64,000 nt of DNA from an uncultured Burkholderiales bacterium (GTDB lineage Bacteria > Pseudomonadota > Gammaproteobacteria > Burkholderiales > Burkholderiaceae_C), in assembly GCA_903892175.1 (NCBI GenBank), contig CAITHK010000267.1, positions 146 to 64,145 of the forward strand. Direction: 5' to 3'. The stretch's first letter is position 1; each line of letters starts with the position of its first letter. Positions 8,879 through 18,138 of the stretch are shown piece by piece. Made by a program: the position numbers and the translations under genes. The notes below the pieces were generated by a model. The model was not told the origin of the DNA and ran no database searches. It saw only the letters and a program-made list of their open reading frames with translations.

Positions 8879-9805
8879 ATGAGAAAACTTCCCCCTTTGA
8901 ATGCGGTGCGTGCATTTGAGGCGGCGGCGCGTCATGTGAGCTTCACCAAGGCGGCCAAAGAGCTGTTTGTCACGCATGGTGCGGTCAGCAAGCAAGTGGC
9001 GGTGTTAGAGGCTTGGTTGAGCACCCCCTTGTTCAACCGCAGCCAGTCGCAGCTCAGCCTGACCGATGCCGGGCGCACCTTCTTGACGGCGGTGACCCCA
9101 GCCCTGGACCGCATTGCGGTGACGGCCATGCAGTTGGTCGAGCAGGCCGAGCCCACGGCCTTGCGCATCAACGCGCCCCCGACCTTCACCATGCGCTGGT
9201 TGATCCCGCGCATCTCGGCGTTTCAAAAGCGCCGCGGCGGGGTGGAGGTCAAGCTCACCACCTCGACCGCGCCGGTGAACTTTGAAGAGCGCGGCTACGA
9301 CGTGGCCATTCGTGGCGCCCACGAGCCCTTGGCTGGCATGGTGTCGGTGCCGTTCATGACCGAGACCATCGTGCCGATTTGTCACCCCGATCTGTTGGAG
9401 GGCGGGTACCTCAAAGACCCGGTCGACTTGGCGCAGCACACCCTGATCAGCTACGACACCGAGCCCTTGAATTGGGCCGAATGGCTGACCTTGGCGCAGG
9501 TGCCCCAGACACAACAGCCCAGCAAAAGCTTGCAGTTCGAGCAGATGTACTTTGCCTTGCAGGCTGCGGCCGAAGGCTTGGGGCTGGTCTTGGTGCCCTT
9601 GTTTTTGGTGGCCGACGACGTGATTGCCGGGCGCTTGTGTGCGCCCTTTGGTTTGCGGGTGGCGCGGCAGCGCCGTTACTTTGCCAACTCGCCCTTGGGG
9701 GCCGCGCAAAACCCCATCATTGAGAGTTTCAGTGATTGGTTGGTCAAAGAGGGGCAAGACACCGAGCGCTCCATTTCGCAGTTGGCCGACACCATGAAGT
9801 GGTGA
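8879..9805 (+). CDS. LysR-family regulator, GcvA/AmpR-like
   Basis: N-terminal HTH RKLPPLNAVRAFEAAARHVSFTKAAKELFVTHGAVSKQV. Confidence 0.93.
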   Translation: MRKLPPLNAVRAFEAAARHVSFTKAAKELFVTHGAVSKQVAVLEAWLSTPLFNRSQSQLSLTDAGRTFLTAVTPALDRIAVTAMQLVEQAEPTALRINAPPTFTMRWLIPRISAFQKRRGGVEVKLTTSTAPVNFEERGYDVAIRGAHEPLAGMVSVPFMTETIVPICHPDLLEGGYLKDPVDLAQHTLISYDTEPLNWAEWLTLAQVPQTQQPSKSLQFEQMYFALQAAAEGLGLVLVPLFLVADDVIAGRLCAPFGLRVARQRRYFANSPLGAAQNPIIESFSDWLVKEGQDTERSISQLADTMKW

Positions 9806-9809
9806 GGGT

Positions 9810-9824
9810 GTGAGTTTTTCTCGG
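9810..9824. promoter_or_regulatory. Candidate second LysR box upstream of ubiD operon
   Basis: GTGAGTTTTTCTCGG matches 11/15 to ATGAGATTTTCTCAT. Confidence 0.45.
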
Positions 9825-9902
9825 GTATTGCCGGATGCAGGGTGACAGCGAAGCAGGCATCATCGGAGTCTGAATTTTCAGACTATGGATTGAACCTCTC
9901 CC

Positions 9903-11534
9903 ATGAGCCAACACACCACCGGTTACCCCGATTTGCACGACCACTTGGAAGAGCTCAAGCGCCGCGGCTTGCTGCAAGTGATCGACCGACCCATCGACAA
10001 AGATTCTGAGCTGCACCCCTTGGTGCGTTGGCAGTTTGTGGGCGGCATGGACGAGGCTGAACGCAAAGCGTTCCTCTTCACCAACATCGTCAACGCCCAA
10101 GGCCGCAAATACGACATCCCCGTGGTGGTGGGCGCTTTGGCCGCCAACCGTGAAATCTACAGCGTGGGCATGGGCTCGTCGGTCGATCAAATTCAGGCGC
10201 GCTGGGACCACGCCATCAACCACCCCATCAAACCCCGCATGGTCGACAACGCGCCTTGCCACGACGTGATCCACGAAGGGGCCGACTTGCAAGGCGAGGG
10301 CAAGGGCTTGGACATGTTGCCCATTCCCATTTCCACACCCGGCTTTGACAGCGCCCCGACATTGACCGCGACCAACGTGATCACGGTGGACCCCGAGACC
10401 GGCGTGCAAAACATGGGCACCTACCGCTGCGCCCTCAAAGCGCCCGACCGCTTGGTGGTGCGCATGGCCACCCGCGTGGGCGGTGCCGGGGGGTACCTGC
10501 ACTACCAAGCCTGGAAGAAGGCCGGACACAAAACTATGCCCTGCGCCATCGTGCTGGGCTGCCCGCCGTATGTGGCGTTCATGGGCCCGCAAAAACTGCC
10601 CATCGGCATGGACGAGTTCGATGTGGCCGGTGGCCTGGCTGGCGCGCCCATTGAGGTCACCCAAGCACGTACGGTCAACCTGCGCGTGCCGGCACAAGCC
10701 GAGATCGTGATCGAAGGCCAAATCGATTTGGAGTTCTTGGAGCCCGAGGCACCATTTGGCGAGTCGCATGGCCACGTGGCACTGGAAGAGTTCAACCTGC
10801 CCATGACCATCACGGCCATCACGCACCGTGCCAAGCCAGTGATTCCGTCGTACATCAGTCAGGTGGCACCGAGTGAGTCGAGCGTGATCAAGCGCGTGGC
10901 CTACGAGCCTTTGTTCTTGGCACACTTGCGCAATGCTTTGGGCATTCGCGGCGTCAAGCGTGTGTCCTTGCATGAGCCCCTGACGGGCTTGCTGCGTGTG
11001 ACGGTGATCACTTTCGAGAAGAACACGCCCAAGACCGAAGTGTGGCGTGCCCTGTATGGCGCAGCGTTCTTCAAAGGCGACTGCGGCAAGATTTGCATTG
11101 CGGTCAACGAGGACATCGACCCCGACAACGCCGACGCGCTGCTGTGGGCCATGGCTTACCGCATGAACCCGGTGGTCGATGTGCAAACGCTGGAGCACCG
11201 CGGCCAGGGCCACGGCCCTAAGCGCGAGTTGGACGGCGAAGAAGACTCGACCTTGTTGATGGACGCCACCATGAAGGGCGACATGCCGCCACTGGCCTTG
11301 CCCACCAAAGAGTACATGGAGCGCTCCAAAGCCATTTGGGAAGAGCTGGGCTTGCCCAAGCTGCGACCCCAAGCGCCTTGGTTTGGTTATTCGCTGGGCG
11401 ACTGGTTGCCGCAGTGGGACGCGGCGGCTTTGCGCGCGGCCACCGGGCGCTACCTGGAGAACGGTGCCATCAGCCTGAAACAACAACGCAACGATGTGAA
11501 GGCCGAAAGCAAGTTTCGTCCTGACGAGCAGTGA
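9903..11534 (+). CDS. UbiD-family prFMN-dependent (de)carboxylase, substrate unknown
   Basis: QNMGTYR (Asn/Arg), DEFDVAGG, PAQAEIVIEG, EAPFGE catalytic Glu pair and DIDP; adjacent to ubiX. Confidence 0.92.
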   Translation: MSQHTTGYPDLHDHLEELKRRGLLQVIDRPIDKDSELHPLVRWQFVGGMDEAERKAFLFTNIVNAQGRKYDIPVVVGALAANREIYSVGMGSSVDQIQARWDHAINHPIKPRMVDNAPCHDVIHEGADLQGEGKGLDMLPIPISTPGFDSAPTLTATNVITVDPETGVQNMGTYRCALKAPDRLVVRMATRVGGAGGYLHYQAWKKAGHKTMPCAIVLGCPPYVAFMGPQKLPIGMDEFDVAGGLAGAPIEVTQARTVNLRVPAQAEIVIEGQIDLEFLEPEAPFGESHGHVALEEFNLPMTITAITHRAKPVIPSYISQVAPSESSVIKRVAYEPLFLAHLRNALGIRGVKRVSLHEPLTGLLRVTVITFEKNTPKTEVWRALYGAAFFKGDCGKICIAVNEDIDPDNADALLWAMAYRMNPVVDVQTLEHRGQGHGPKRELDGEEDSTLLMDATMKGDMPPLALPTKEYMERSKAIWEELGLPKLRPQAPWFGYSLGDWLPQWDAAALRAATGRYLENGAISLKQQRNDVKAESKFRPDEQ

Positions 11535-12148
11535 GCGCTGCCATGTCTAGCCCGCCCACCAAAACGCCGCGGCGTCTGATCGTGGGCATCAGCGGTGCCT
11601 CGGGCATTGTGTATGGCGTGCGCATCTTGCAAGCCTTGCAGCACAGTGACATCGAGACCCATTTGGTGATGAGCGACTCGGCGCGTTTGACGCTGACCGC
11701 CGAGACCGACTACACCCACAAAGAGGTGGAGGCCATGGCCTTTGAGGTGCACAACGCCAAGAACATCGGCGCCTCCATTTCCTCAGGGTCCTTCAAGACC
11801 ATGGGCATGGTGGTGGCCCCGTGTTCGATTCGCTCGCTGTCTGAAATTGCCTATGGCATGACCACCAGCTTGTTGTCGCGTGCGGCCGATGTGGTGCTCA
11901 AGGAGCGCCGCCGCCTGGTGCTGATGGTGCGTGAGACACCGCTGCATGCAGGCCACCTCAAGGCCATGACGCAAGCCTGCGAGAACGGCGCCATCCTCAT
12001 GCCACCGATGCCCGCTTTGTATGCGCGGCCCCAAACCTTGGACGACATGGTCAACCACACGGTGGGCCGGTGCTTGGACCTTTTTGACATTGAGACAGAC
12101 CTTGTGTCGCGCTGGGCGGGCATGGGCAAAACAGGAGACAAATCATGA
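11531..12148 (+). CDS. ubiX: UbiX flavin prenyltransferase
   Basis: Motifs VGISGASG, ISSGS, APCS, RAADVVLKERRRLVLMVRETP. Confidence 0.95.
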   Translation: MSAAMSSPPTKTPRRLIVGISGASGIVYGVRILQALQHSDIETHLVMSDSARLTLTAETDYTHKEVEAMAFEVHNAKNIGASISSGSFKTMGMVVAPCSIRSLSEIAYGMTTSLLSRAADVVLKERRRLVLMVRETPLHAGHLKAMTQACENGAILMPPMPALYARPQTLDDMVNHTVGRCLDLFDIETDLVSRWAGMGKTGDKS

Positions 12149-13140
12149 CCACTTCAACACGCACCCTCTGGGCCTGCTTGGCGCCATGGTGGGTCAGTGT
12201 GGGGCTGATGGTGGGCGTGTCTGGCGCGCAGGCACAAGCCAACAACTACCCCAACAAGCCCATCCGATTGGTGGTGGGTTACGCCCCCGGTGGCGTGGCC
12301 GACATCACGGCGCGCATGGTGGCGCAAAAGTTGTCTGACGCACTGGGCCAGCAGGTGGTGGTGGACAACAAGCCCAGCGCGGGCGGCATTGTGGCCGGTG
12401 AAACCGTGGCCAAGGCCGATCCCGATGGCTACACCTTGCTGCACATGAACTATGGCAACGCGGTGAGCGCGGCGATGTTCAACAAAATGCCCTACGACAT
12501 CAAACGCGACTTTCAACCGATCTCGGCCATGGGATTTTTTGACGTGGTGATGTTGGTGGACAAAAGCTCGGACATCCAAAGCGTTCAAGACTTTGTCACC
12601 AAGGCCCGCGCCAACCCTGAGAAGTACAACATCGGCACCGTGAGTTTGGGCAGTGGCCAACACATGTCGGCGGTGCTGTTTAAAAGCCTGACCGGCTTAA
12701 ATACCACCATCGTTCCCTACCGCACCACGCCGTCGTTGATGCTGGCGCTCAAGAGCAAAGACATTGCGGTGGCGTTTGAAATCATCTCGCCCACCATGCC
12801 CTTGATTCGCGGTGGCGAGATCAAAGCCATGGCGGTTTCGTCGGGCACGCGTTTTCGTGGCTTGCCCGAGGTGCCCACCTTGGCCGAGAGCGGTGTGAAA
12901 GGGTACAACGTGACGGCCTGGAACGGTGTGGCAGCGCCTGCCAAAACACCGCGTCCCATCATTGAGCGCCTGAACAAAGAAATCAACGCCGCCTTGGCCT
13001 TGCCCGATGTGCGCAGCAAGTTTCAAGACGTGGGCATTGACGCACGCGGTGGCACCCCTGAAGAGTTGCGCGACATTTTGTCAAGCGAGATCGACAAGTG
13101 GAACAACTTGGTCACCACCATGAAGTTGGAGCGCCAATAA
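12145..13140 (+). CDS. Bug/TctC substrate-binding protein
   Basis: Motifs YPNKPIRLVVGYAPGGVAD, VDNKPSAGG and PDGYTL. Confidence 0.93.
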   Translation: MTTSTRTLWACLAPWWVSVGLMVGVSGAQAQANNYPNKPIRLVVGYAPGGVADITARMVAQKLSDALGQQVVVDNKPSAGGIVAGETVAKADPDGYTLLHMNYGNAVSAAMFNKMPYDIKRDFQPISAMGFFDVVMLVDKSSDIQSVQDFVTKARANPEKYNIGTVSLGSGQHMSAVLFKSLTGLNTTIVPYRTTPSLMLALKSKDIAVAFEIISPTMPLIRGGEIKAMAVSSGTRFRGLPEVPTLAESGVKGYNVTAWNGVAAPAKTPRPIIERLNKEINAALALPDVRSKFQDVGIDARGGTPEELRDILSSEIDKWNNLVTTMKLERQ

Positions 13141-13150
13141 GGCGAATGTC

Positions 13151-13459
13151 ATGAGCACGCCACACACGCACACCGGCATCACGTTGTTTGTGTATTACAA
13201 ACTGCCGCTGCAAGAGCACGCCCAGTGGGTGGGGCGTGTGCGCGCTTTTCAAAACGCGGTGGTGCAAGCTTGGCCCGGCATGACGGTCGAGCTGTTGCAG
13301 CGCCCGGAGCCCTCGGCGGAGGGTTTGGAGACTTGGATGGAAGTGCACCGCCACCCGCAGGGCGTGTCGCCCGAGATGATGGCCTCCGTGGCGAGCTTGG
13401 CGCAAGCGCATGGCTTGCCGCCCAAACGCGCGGCCGAGTTGTTTGTGCCCTTGCACTGA
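13151..13459 (+). CDS. Small conserved protein, DUF4936-like
   Basis: Pattern LFVYYK...LLQRP...TWMEVH...RAAELF recalled as DUF4936; host-like codon usage; last gene of the operon. Confidence 0.7.
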   Translation: MSTPHTHTGITLFVYYKLPLQEHAQWVGRVRAFQNAVVQAWPGMTVELLQRPEPSAEGLETWMEVHRHPQGVSPEMMASVASLAQAHGLPPKRAAELFVPLH

Positions 13460-13461
13460 CA

Positions 13462-13482
13462 GCGCTGCGCCACGCGCAGCGC
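13462..13482. terminator. Hairpin between convergent genes
   Basis: GCGCTGCGC-cac-GCGCAGCGC forms a perfect 9-bp stem. Confidence 0.55.
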
Positions 13483-13487
13483 AAGGC

Positions 13488-14465
13488 TCACAAGGTGATG
13501 ACCACGTTGCCCATCACTTGACCGCTTTCCACCGCTTGGTGGGCTTTGACGATGTCTTGCAGCGGGTACTGGGCAGCAACTGCGTGGACCAAGACGTTTT
13601 TGTGGAGCAGTTCAGTCAAGTAGCGCAAACCATGTTCGCGATCTTGCGGCTTGAGGTCGTAGACCAAGAAGAACTTCATCTGGATGGAGTTCCACAACAG
13701 GGGCCGGAAATTGACCGCCACCTCGCTGGCCACATTGGAGCCATAGCACACCAGCGTGCCGTGGCGCTTGAGGCTGCCGTCGGCGGTGAATTGGTGGGAT
13801 GTGGAGAAGTCCATGTCGATCACCACATCCACCCCTTGGCCTTGGGTGAGCTGTTTGATTTTGTCGCTCACCGATTCGGTTTTGTAGTGGATGACTTCGT
13901 GCACACCGACACGGCGCACATGCTCGGCCTTGGCCTCAGAGCCCACGGTGCCTATCACGCGCGCGCCTTGCAGCACCGCCAGTTGTGCGGCGTAATGCCC
14001 CACCGCCGACGAAGCAGCCACCACCAGCACGGTTTTGTCTTTCAAGTCCCCGGCCAAATGGATGGCTTGAACGGCGGTGAGGGCCGGAATGCCAAAGCAC
14101 GCGGCTGCAGCGAAGTCGATGTGATCGGGCAGGGCCACCGCCTGTTGTTCGGGCAGGGTGATGAATTCACAGGCAGTGCCCCAAGGGCGTTGCCACTGAC
14201 CGTTCCAGATCCACACGCGCTCGCCAATGCGCGCAGACGACACGCCGGTGCCCACCGCGTCGATCACGCCTGCGCCATCGCTGTGCGGAATGATTTCGGC
14301 ATCGGTGATGGGCCGGGTTTTGCGCGACTTCACGTCCGACGGGTTGACGCCCGAGGTGGCAAGTCTGACGCGCACCTCACCGGCGGCGGGTTGTGGGGTA
14401 GGGAGTTCACCGAACTTCAACACGTCAACGGCTTCACCGTTGTGGCTGTACCAAGCAGCTTTCAT
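13488..14465 (-). CDS. NADPH:quinone reductase (zeta-crystallin/MDR family)
   Basis: Motifs SGVNPSD, PHSDGAGVIDAVG, GIPALTA and AHQAVESG. Confidence 0.9.
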   Translation of the reverse strand: MKAAWYSHNGEAVDVLKFGELPTPQPAAGEVRVRLATSGVNPSDVKSRKTRPITDAEIIPHSDGAGVIDAVGTGVSSARIGERVWIWNGQWQRPWGTACEFITLPEQQAVALPDHIDFAAAACFGIPALTAVQAIHLAGDLKDKTVLVVAASSAVGHYAAQLAVLQGARVIGTVGSEAKAEHVRRVGVHEVIHYKTESVSDKIKQLTQGQGVDVVIDMDFSTSHQFTADGSLKRHGTLVCYGSNVASEVAVNFRPLLWNSIQMKFFLVYDLKPQDREHGLRYLTELLHKNVLVHAVAAQYPLQDIVKAHQAVESGQVMGNVVITL

Positions 14466-14609
14466 CACGAGGCCTTTCGAAAGGGATGGGATAGTTCACA
14501 AGCGCGCATGCTTGGCTGTCGCACACGGCACAGGTCTAGGTACAAACGACCACGACGAGGGCCCGACTCTAAACCCAAAATTGCCGCTTTCGTCGAGAGT
14601 GAGAGATGT

Positions 14610-15611
14610 ATGCGACTTGCGTCAGGTGACTTCGTCATGCGCCACAGCGGGGTGACCCGGCTGCTGGGCGGCGTGTTGGCCCTGGTGTGTGCGCTGGGGG
14701 CGAACGCTCAGTCAGCGGCCGAGCGCTACCCCGACAAACCCATCAAGATCATCGTGCCGTTTGCGCCCGGTGGCTCGGTCGATGTGCTGGCGCGTGTGGT
14801 GGGACAAAAACTGCAAGACAGTTGGGGCCAGCCTGTGGTGGTGGAGAGCCGGCCTGGCGCCAGCACCTTGATTGGTACCACCGTGGCCGCCAAAGCCGCG
14901 CCCGATGGCTATACCTTGGTCATCTCGGTCAGCAACCACACCACCAATCCGGCGATGCGCGAGAAGATGCCCTACGACACGCTGAAAGACTTTCGTCCCA
15001 TCAGCCTGATGGCACGCACCCCCGTGGTGGTGTACGCCAACCCGCAGTTCCCCGCCAACGACCTCACGGCCTTGGTGGCCTTGGCCAAAGCCAAGCCCGG
15101 AACGGTCACGTTTGGCTCGGCGGGCACCGGATCGATGACGCATTTGACGGCGGAGTTACTCAAGCAGTCCGCCGGTGTGGACATGACGCACGTGGTCTAC
15201 CGCGGTGGCACGCCGGCGTTGACCGATGTGATCTCGGGCCACTTGAACATGACGTTTGCCACCGTGGGCCAAGCTTTGCCGCAGTACCGCGCCAAGCAGG
15301 TCAAGGCCTTGGGCATCTCGTCCGAAAAACGTTACCCCTCGGTGCCAGAGATTCCCACCTTCAAGGAGCAGGGCATCGACTTGGTAACCACCGAGTGGTA
15401 TGGCCTGTTGGCACCGGCCGGCACGCCGCCTGAGATCGTCAACAAACTCAACGCCGAAGTGCGCAAAATTTTGAGCCAACCTGGTTTGGGCGAGCGCTTG
15501 ACGGCCATTGAGTTGGTCAGCTCCACACCCGACGAACTCGACAAATTCATCCGCAGCGAAATGATTCGCTGGACACCGTTGGTGCACCAACTCGGCATCA
15601 AGGCCGATTGA
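14610..15611 (+). CDS. Bug/TctC substrate-binding protein
   Basis: Motifs YPDKPIKIIVPFAPGGSVD, SAGTGS and HVVYRG. Real start is 14610 or 14637, not 13410. Confidence 0.9.
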   Translation: MRLASGDFVMRHSGVTRLLGGVLALVCALGANAQSAAERYPDKPIKIIVPFAPGGSVDVLARVVGQKLQDSWGQPVVVESRPGASTLIGTTVAAKAAPDGYTLVISVSNHTTNPAMREKMPYDTLKDFRPISLMARTPVVVYANPQFPANDLTALVALAKAKPGTVTFGSAGTGSMTHLTAELLKQSAGVDMTHVVYRGGTPALTDVISGHLNMTFATVGQALPQYRAKQVKALGISSEKRYPSVPEIPTFKEQGIDLVTTEWYGLLAPAGTPPEIVNKLNAEVRKILSQPGLGERLTAIELVSSTPDELDKFIRSEMIRWTPLVHQLGIKAD

Positions 15612-15649
15612 TGCACATGTTTTGCTTCAACCATCCAAAGGGGATTTTC

Positions 15650-16624
15650 ATGAAACAGTTTTTACGTGCCGCAAGTTTGGCACTGGCGGTGCTCAGTGCG
15701 CCCGGTCTGTGCGGGGCACAAGCTTTTCCGTCCAAGCCAGTGCGCATCGTGGTGCCTTTGTCGGCGGGTGGTCCGGTGGACGTGATTGCGCGTGCACTGT
15801 CGGCACGTTTGACCGAGACCTGGGGGCAGACGGTGGTGGTGGACAACCGCCCAGGTGCCAACGAGATTGTGGGGGCTGAAAACATTGCCACCTCCAAAGG
15901 CGATGGCTATTCGCTGCTGATGGCCACGGACCCTGTGATTTCACAAAATCAATTTTTGTTTTCCAAGCTGCCCTATGACCCGGTGAATGCGTTCGCACCC
16001 GTCACGCGCATTGCGGTGGCCAACATGGCTTTGTTTGTGCCGGCCAGCATGCCTGTCAACACGGTGAAAGAGTTTGTCGAATACGCCAAGCAACGCCCGG
16101 GCAAAGTGGCTTATGGCTCCACCGGCATTGGCAACGTGACCCACTTGTCGATGGCTTGGTTGGAAAACCGTGCCGGCATCACCTTGAACCATGTGCCCTA
16201 CAAAGGCTTGGCACCCGTCATTCAAGACATGCTGAGTGGCCAAATTGAGGCCGCGTTTGGCGCGGTGTCGGTGTTGGACCAACACATCAAAGCGGGCAAG
16301 CTCAAGGCCTTGGCCATCTCGGGCGCGCAACGCGCCAAGCTGTTGCCCAATGTGCCGACCTTGATTGAAGCCGGTTTTGAAAACATCGACGCCAACTTCA
16401 ACATCGGTCTGTTTGCGCCGCGCGAAACGCCCAAAGACGTGGTGGCCAAGATTGCGGCAGATGTGCAACGCATCGTGCGTGACCCGGCTTTCCGTGAGCG
16501 CTACATCGACGCCTATGCGTTCGAGTTGGTGGCCAGTTCGCCCGACGAGTTTGTGGCCTATGCCACGCGGGACCGCGTGCGCCAAGAGCAACGTATCAAA
16601 ATTTCCGGCGCCAAGCTGGATTGA
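15650..16624 (+). CDS. Bug/TctC substrate-binding protein
   Basis: Signal peptide, then FPSKPVRIVVPLSAGGPVD and HVPYKG. Confidence 0.92.
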   Translation: MKQFLRAASLALAVLSAPGLCGAQAFPSKPVRIVVPLSAGGPVDVIARALSARLTETWGQTVVVDNRPGANEIVGAENIATSKGDGYSLLMATDPVISQNQFLFSKLPYDPVNAFAPVTRIAVANMALFVPASMPVNTVKEFVEYAKQRPGKVAYGSTGIGNVTHLSMAWLENRAGITLNHVPYKGLAPVIQDMLSGQIEAAFGAVSVLDQHIKAGKLKALAISGAQRAKLLPNVPTLIEAGFENIDANFNIGLFAPRETPKDVVAKIAADVQRIVRDPAFRERYIDAYAFELVASSPDEFVAYATRDRVRQEQRIKISGAKLD

Positions 16625-16635
16625 ATGGAGCAGTC

Positions 16636-17397
16636 ATGGCCTTGTTAGACGGTAAGGTGTGCGTGGTCACCGGAGGCGCAGGCAGCATTGGCTTGGCCTC
16701 GGCCCAACGCTTTTTAGAAGAGGGTGGCAAGGTGATGTTGGTCGACCTCGACCCCATCGCTTTGGAGGCGGCGGTGCAAAGTTTGAACAGCCCCCATGTG
16801 TTTGCCTTTGCCTGTGATGTGACCGATGCGGCGCGGGTGGCGGCTTCGTTTGAAGCCATCGTGGCCAAGTGGGGCAAGATCGATGTGATCTTCAGCAACG
16901 CGGGCAATGCCGGTCGCAATGCGCGTGTGGAGGAGTACCCCGAGGACATCTTCGACACCACCTTGACGATCCATGCCAAAGGCGCTTTCTTGGCTTGCAA
17001 GTACGGGCTGCCGCAGATGAACGATGGGGGCAGCATCATCATCACCTCCAGCATCTCGGGCGTGCGCGGTGGCGCGGGTGTGAACATGGCTTACGTGACG
17101 GCCAAGCATGCCCAAATTGGTGTGATGCGTGTGGCCTCACGTTCGGCGGCGTCGCGTGGCATTCGGGTCAACAGCATTCACCCTGGCCCGGTCGACAACG
17201 CCTTTCAAACCGGCATCGAAGTGGAGATGGGCAAGATGCTGGGCATCAACGTGACCGAGCAACTCAACCAAGCCGTGCCTTTGAAACGCCATGCCTCAGC
17301 CCGCGAAATCGCTGGTGCGGTGCTGTATTTGGCCAGCGACTTGAGCACCTATGTCACGGGCACGGTGCACATGGTCGACGGCGGCTTGATGAGTTAG
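16636..17397 (+). CDS. Short-chain dehydrogenase/reductase
   Basis: Motifs TGGAGSIG, SNAG, YVTAK (YxxxK), IRVNSIHPG and VDGG. Confidence 0.93.
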   Translation: MALLDGKVCVVTGGAGSIGLASAQRFLEEGGKVMLVDLDPIALEAAVQSLNSPHVFAFACDVTDAARVAASFEAIVAKWGKIDVIFSNAGNAGRNARVEEYPEDIFDTTLTIHAKGAFLACKYGLPQMNDGGSIIITSSISGVRGGAGVNMAYVTAKHAQIGVMRVASRSAASRGIRVNSIHPGPVDNAFQTGIEVEMGKMLGINVTEQLNQAVPLKRHASAREIAGAVLYLASDLSTYVTGTVHMVDGGLMS

Positions 17398-17401
17398 AGC
17401 C

Positions 17402-18127
17402 ATGAAGCAACTCACTGGACGTGTGCCCGCAGAGGCGGTGAAGACAATGACGCTCACCCGCTTGAGCCCCGAAATCTTGCAGCGGTATCGCCAACTCGAC
17501 GATTTGACCGGCGCGGTGTCTGATGCGATGGATAACTTGGGGTTGTTGGGGGCAGTGCCTGCCTCGACCTTGAAACCCTCGTTGCAGGCGCAACGCATGG
17601 TGGGGCAAGCCGTGACGGTGCGCAATGTGGAGCGCCACGAAACCCCGTTGCGCAGCGCCACCAGCAAGGTGGGCAAGATGGGCGAGCACGAGGCCTACAA
17701 CCTGGCCGAGCCCGGTGATGTGGTGGTGATTCAAGGTTTGCTGGGCATCTCCAACATGGGCGGGCAGTCGGCCACACTGGCGCACCGCGCAGGGTGTGCA
17801 GGTGCGGTGATTGATGGTTCGTACCGCGACCCCACGGTGTCGCGTGAACTGGGCTTTCCGATTTGGGCCCAAGGGGTCACGCCCATCACGGGCAAGTGGC
17901 GCTTGGAGACGGTGGAGATCAACGGCAAAGTGCGCATGGCCAACGTGCAGGTGGATGCGGGTGACTTGGTGGTGGCCGATGAAGCGGGCGTGGTGTTTGT
18001 GCCATTCGCCCACGTGGAAGCGGTGTTGCAAGAGGCCGAGCACATTGACCAGGGCGACAGCCGCCAAAAGGCCGACATTGCCACCGGGGTGGACATCGCC
18101 ACCTTGGCCAAAACCAAATACAAGTGA
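17402..18127 (+). CDS. RraA / HMG-CHA aldolase family protein
   Basis: Motifs VSDAMD, GQAVTV, PGDVVVI, GAVIDGSYRD and GDLVVADEAGV. Confidence 0.85.
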   Translation: MKQLTGRVPAEAVKTMTLTRLSPEILQRYRQLDDLTGAVSDAMDNLGLLGAVPASTLKPSLQAQRMVGQAVTVRNVERHETPLRSATSKVGKMGEHEAYNLAEPGDVVVIQGLLGISNMGGQSATLAHRAGCAGAVIDGSYRDPTVSRELGFPIWAQGVTPITGKWRLETVEINGKVRMANVQVDAGDLVVADEAGVVFVPFAHVEAVLQEAEHIDQGDSRQKADIATGVDIATLAKTKYK

Positions 18128-18138
18128 CAGGTGCTGCC

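Noticed and set aside
9903-12148. Ubiquinone biosynthesis ubiD locus
   Set aside because: The UbiD is long and divergent and sits with a Bug and a LysR in a catabolic context, unlike housekeeping UbiD.
13410-15611. 733-aa ORF suggesting a novel fusion to a Bug domain
   Set aside because: The N-terminal 400 codons are the antisense shadow of the quinone reductase gene. A signal peptide and normal Bug begin at 14610 or 14637.
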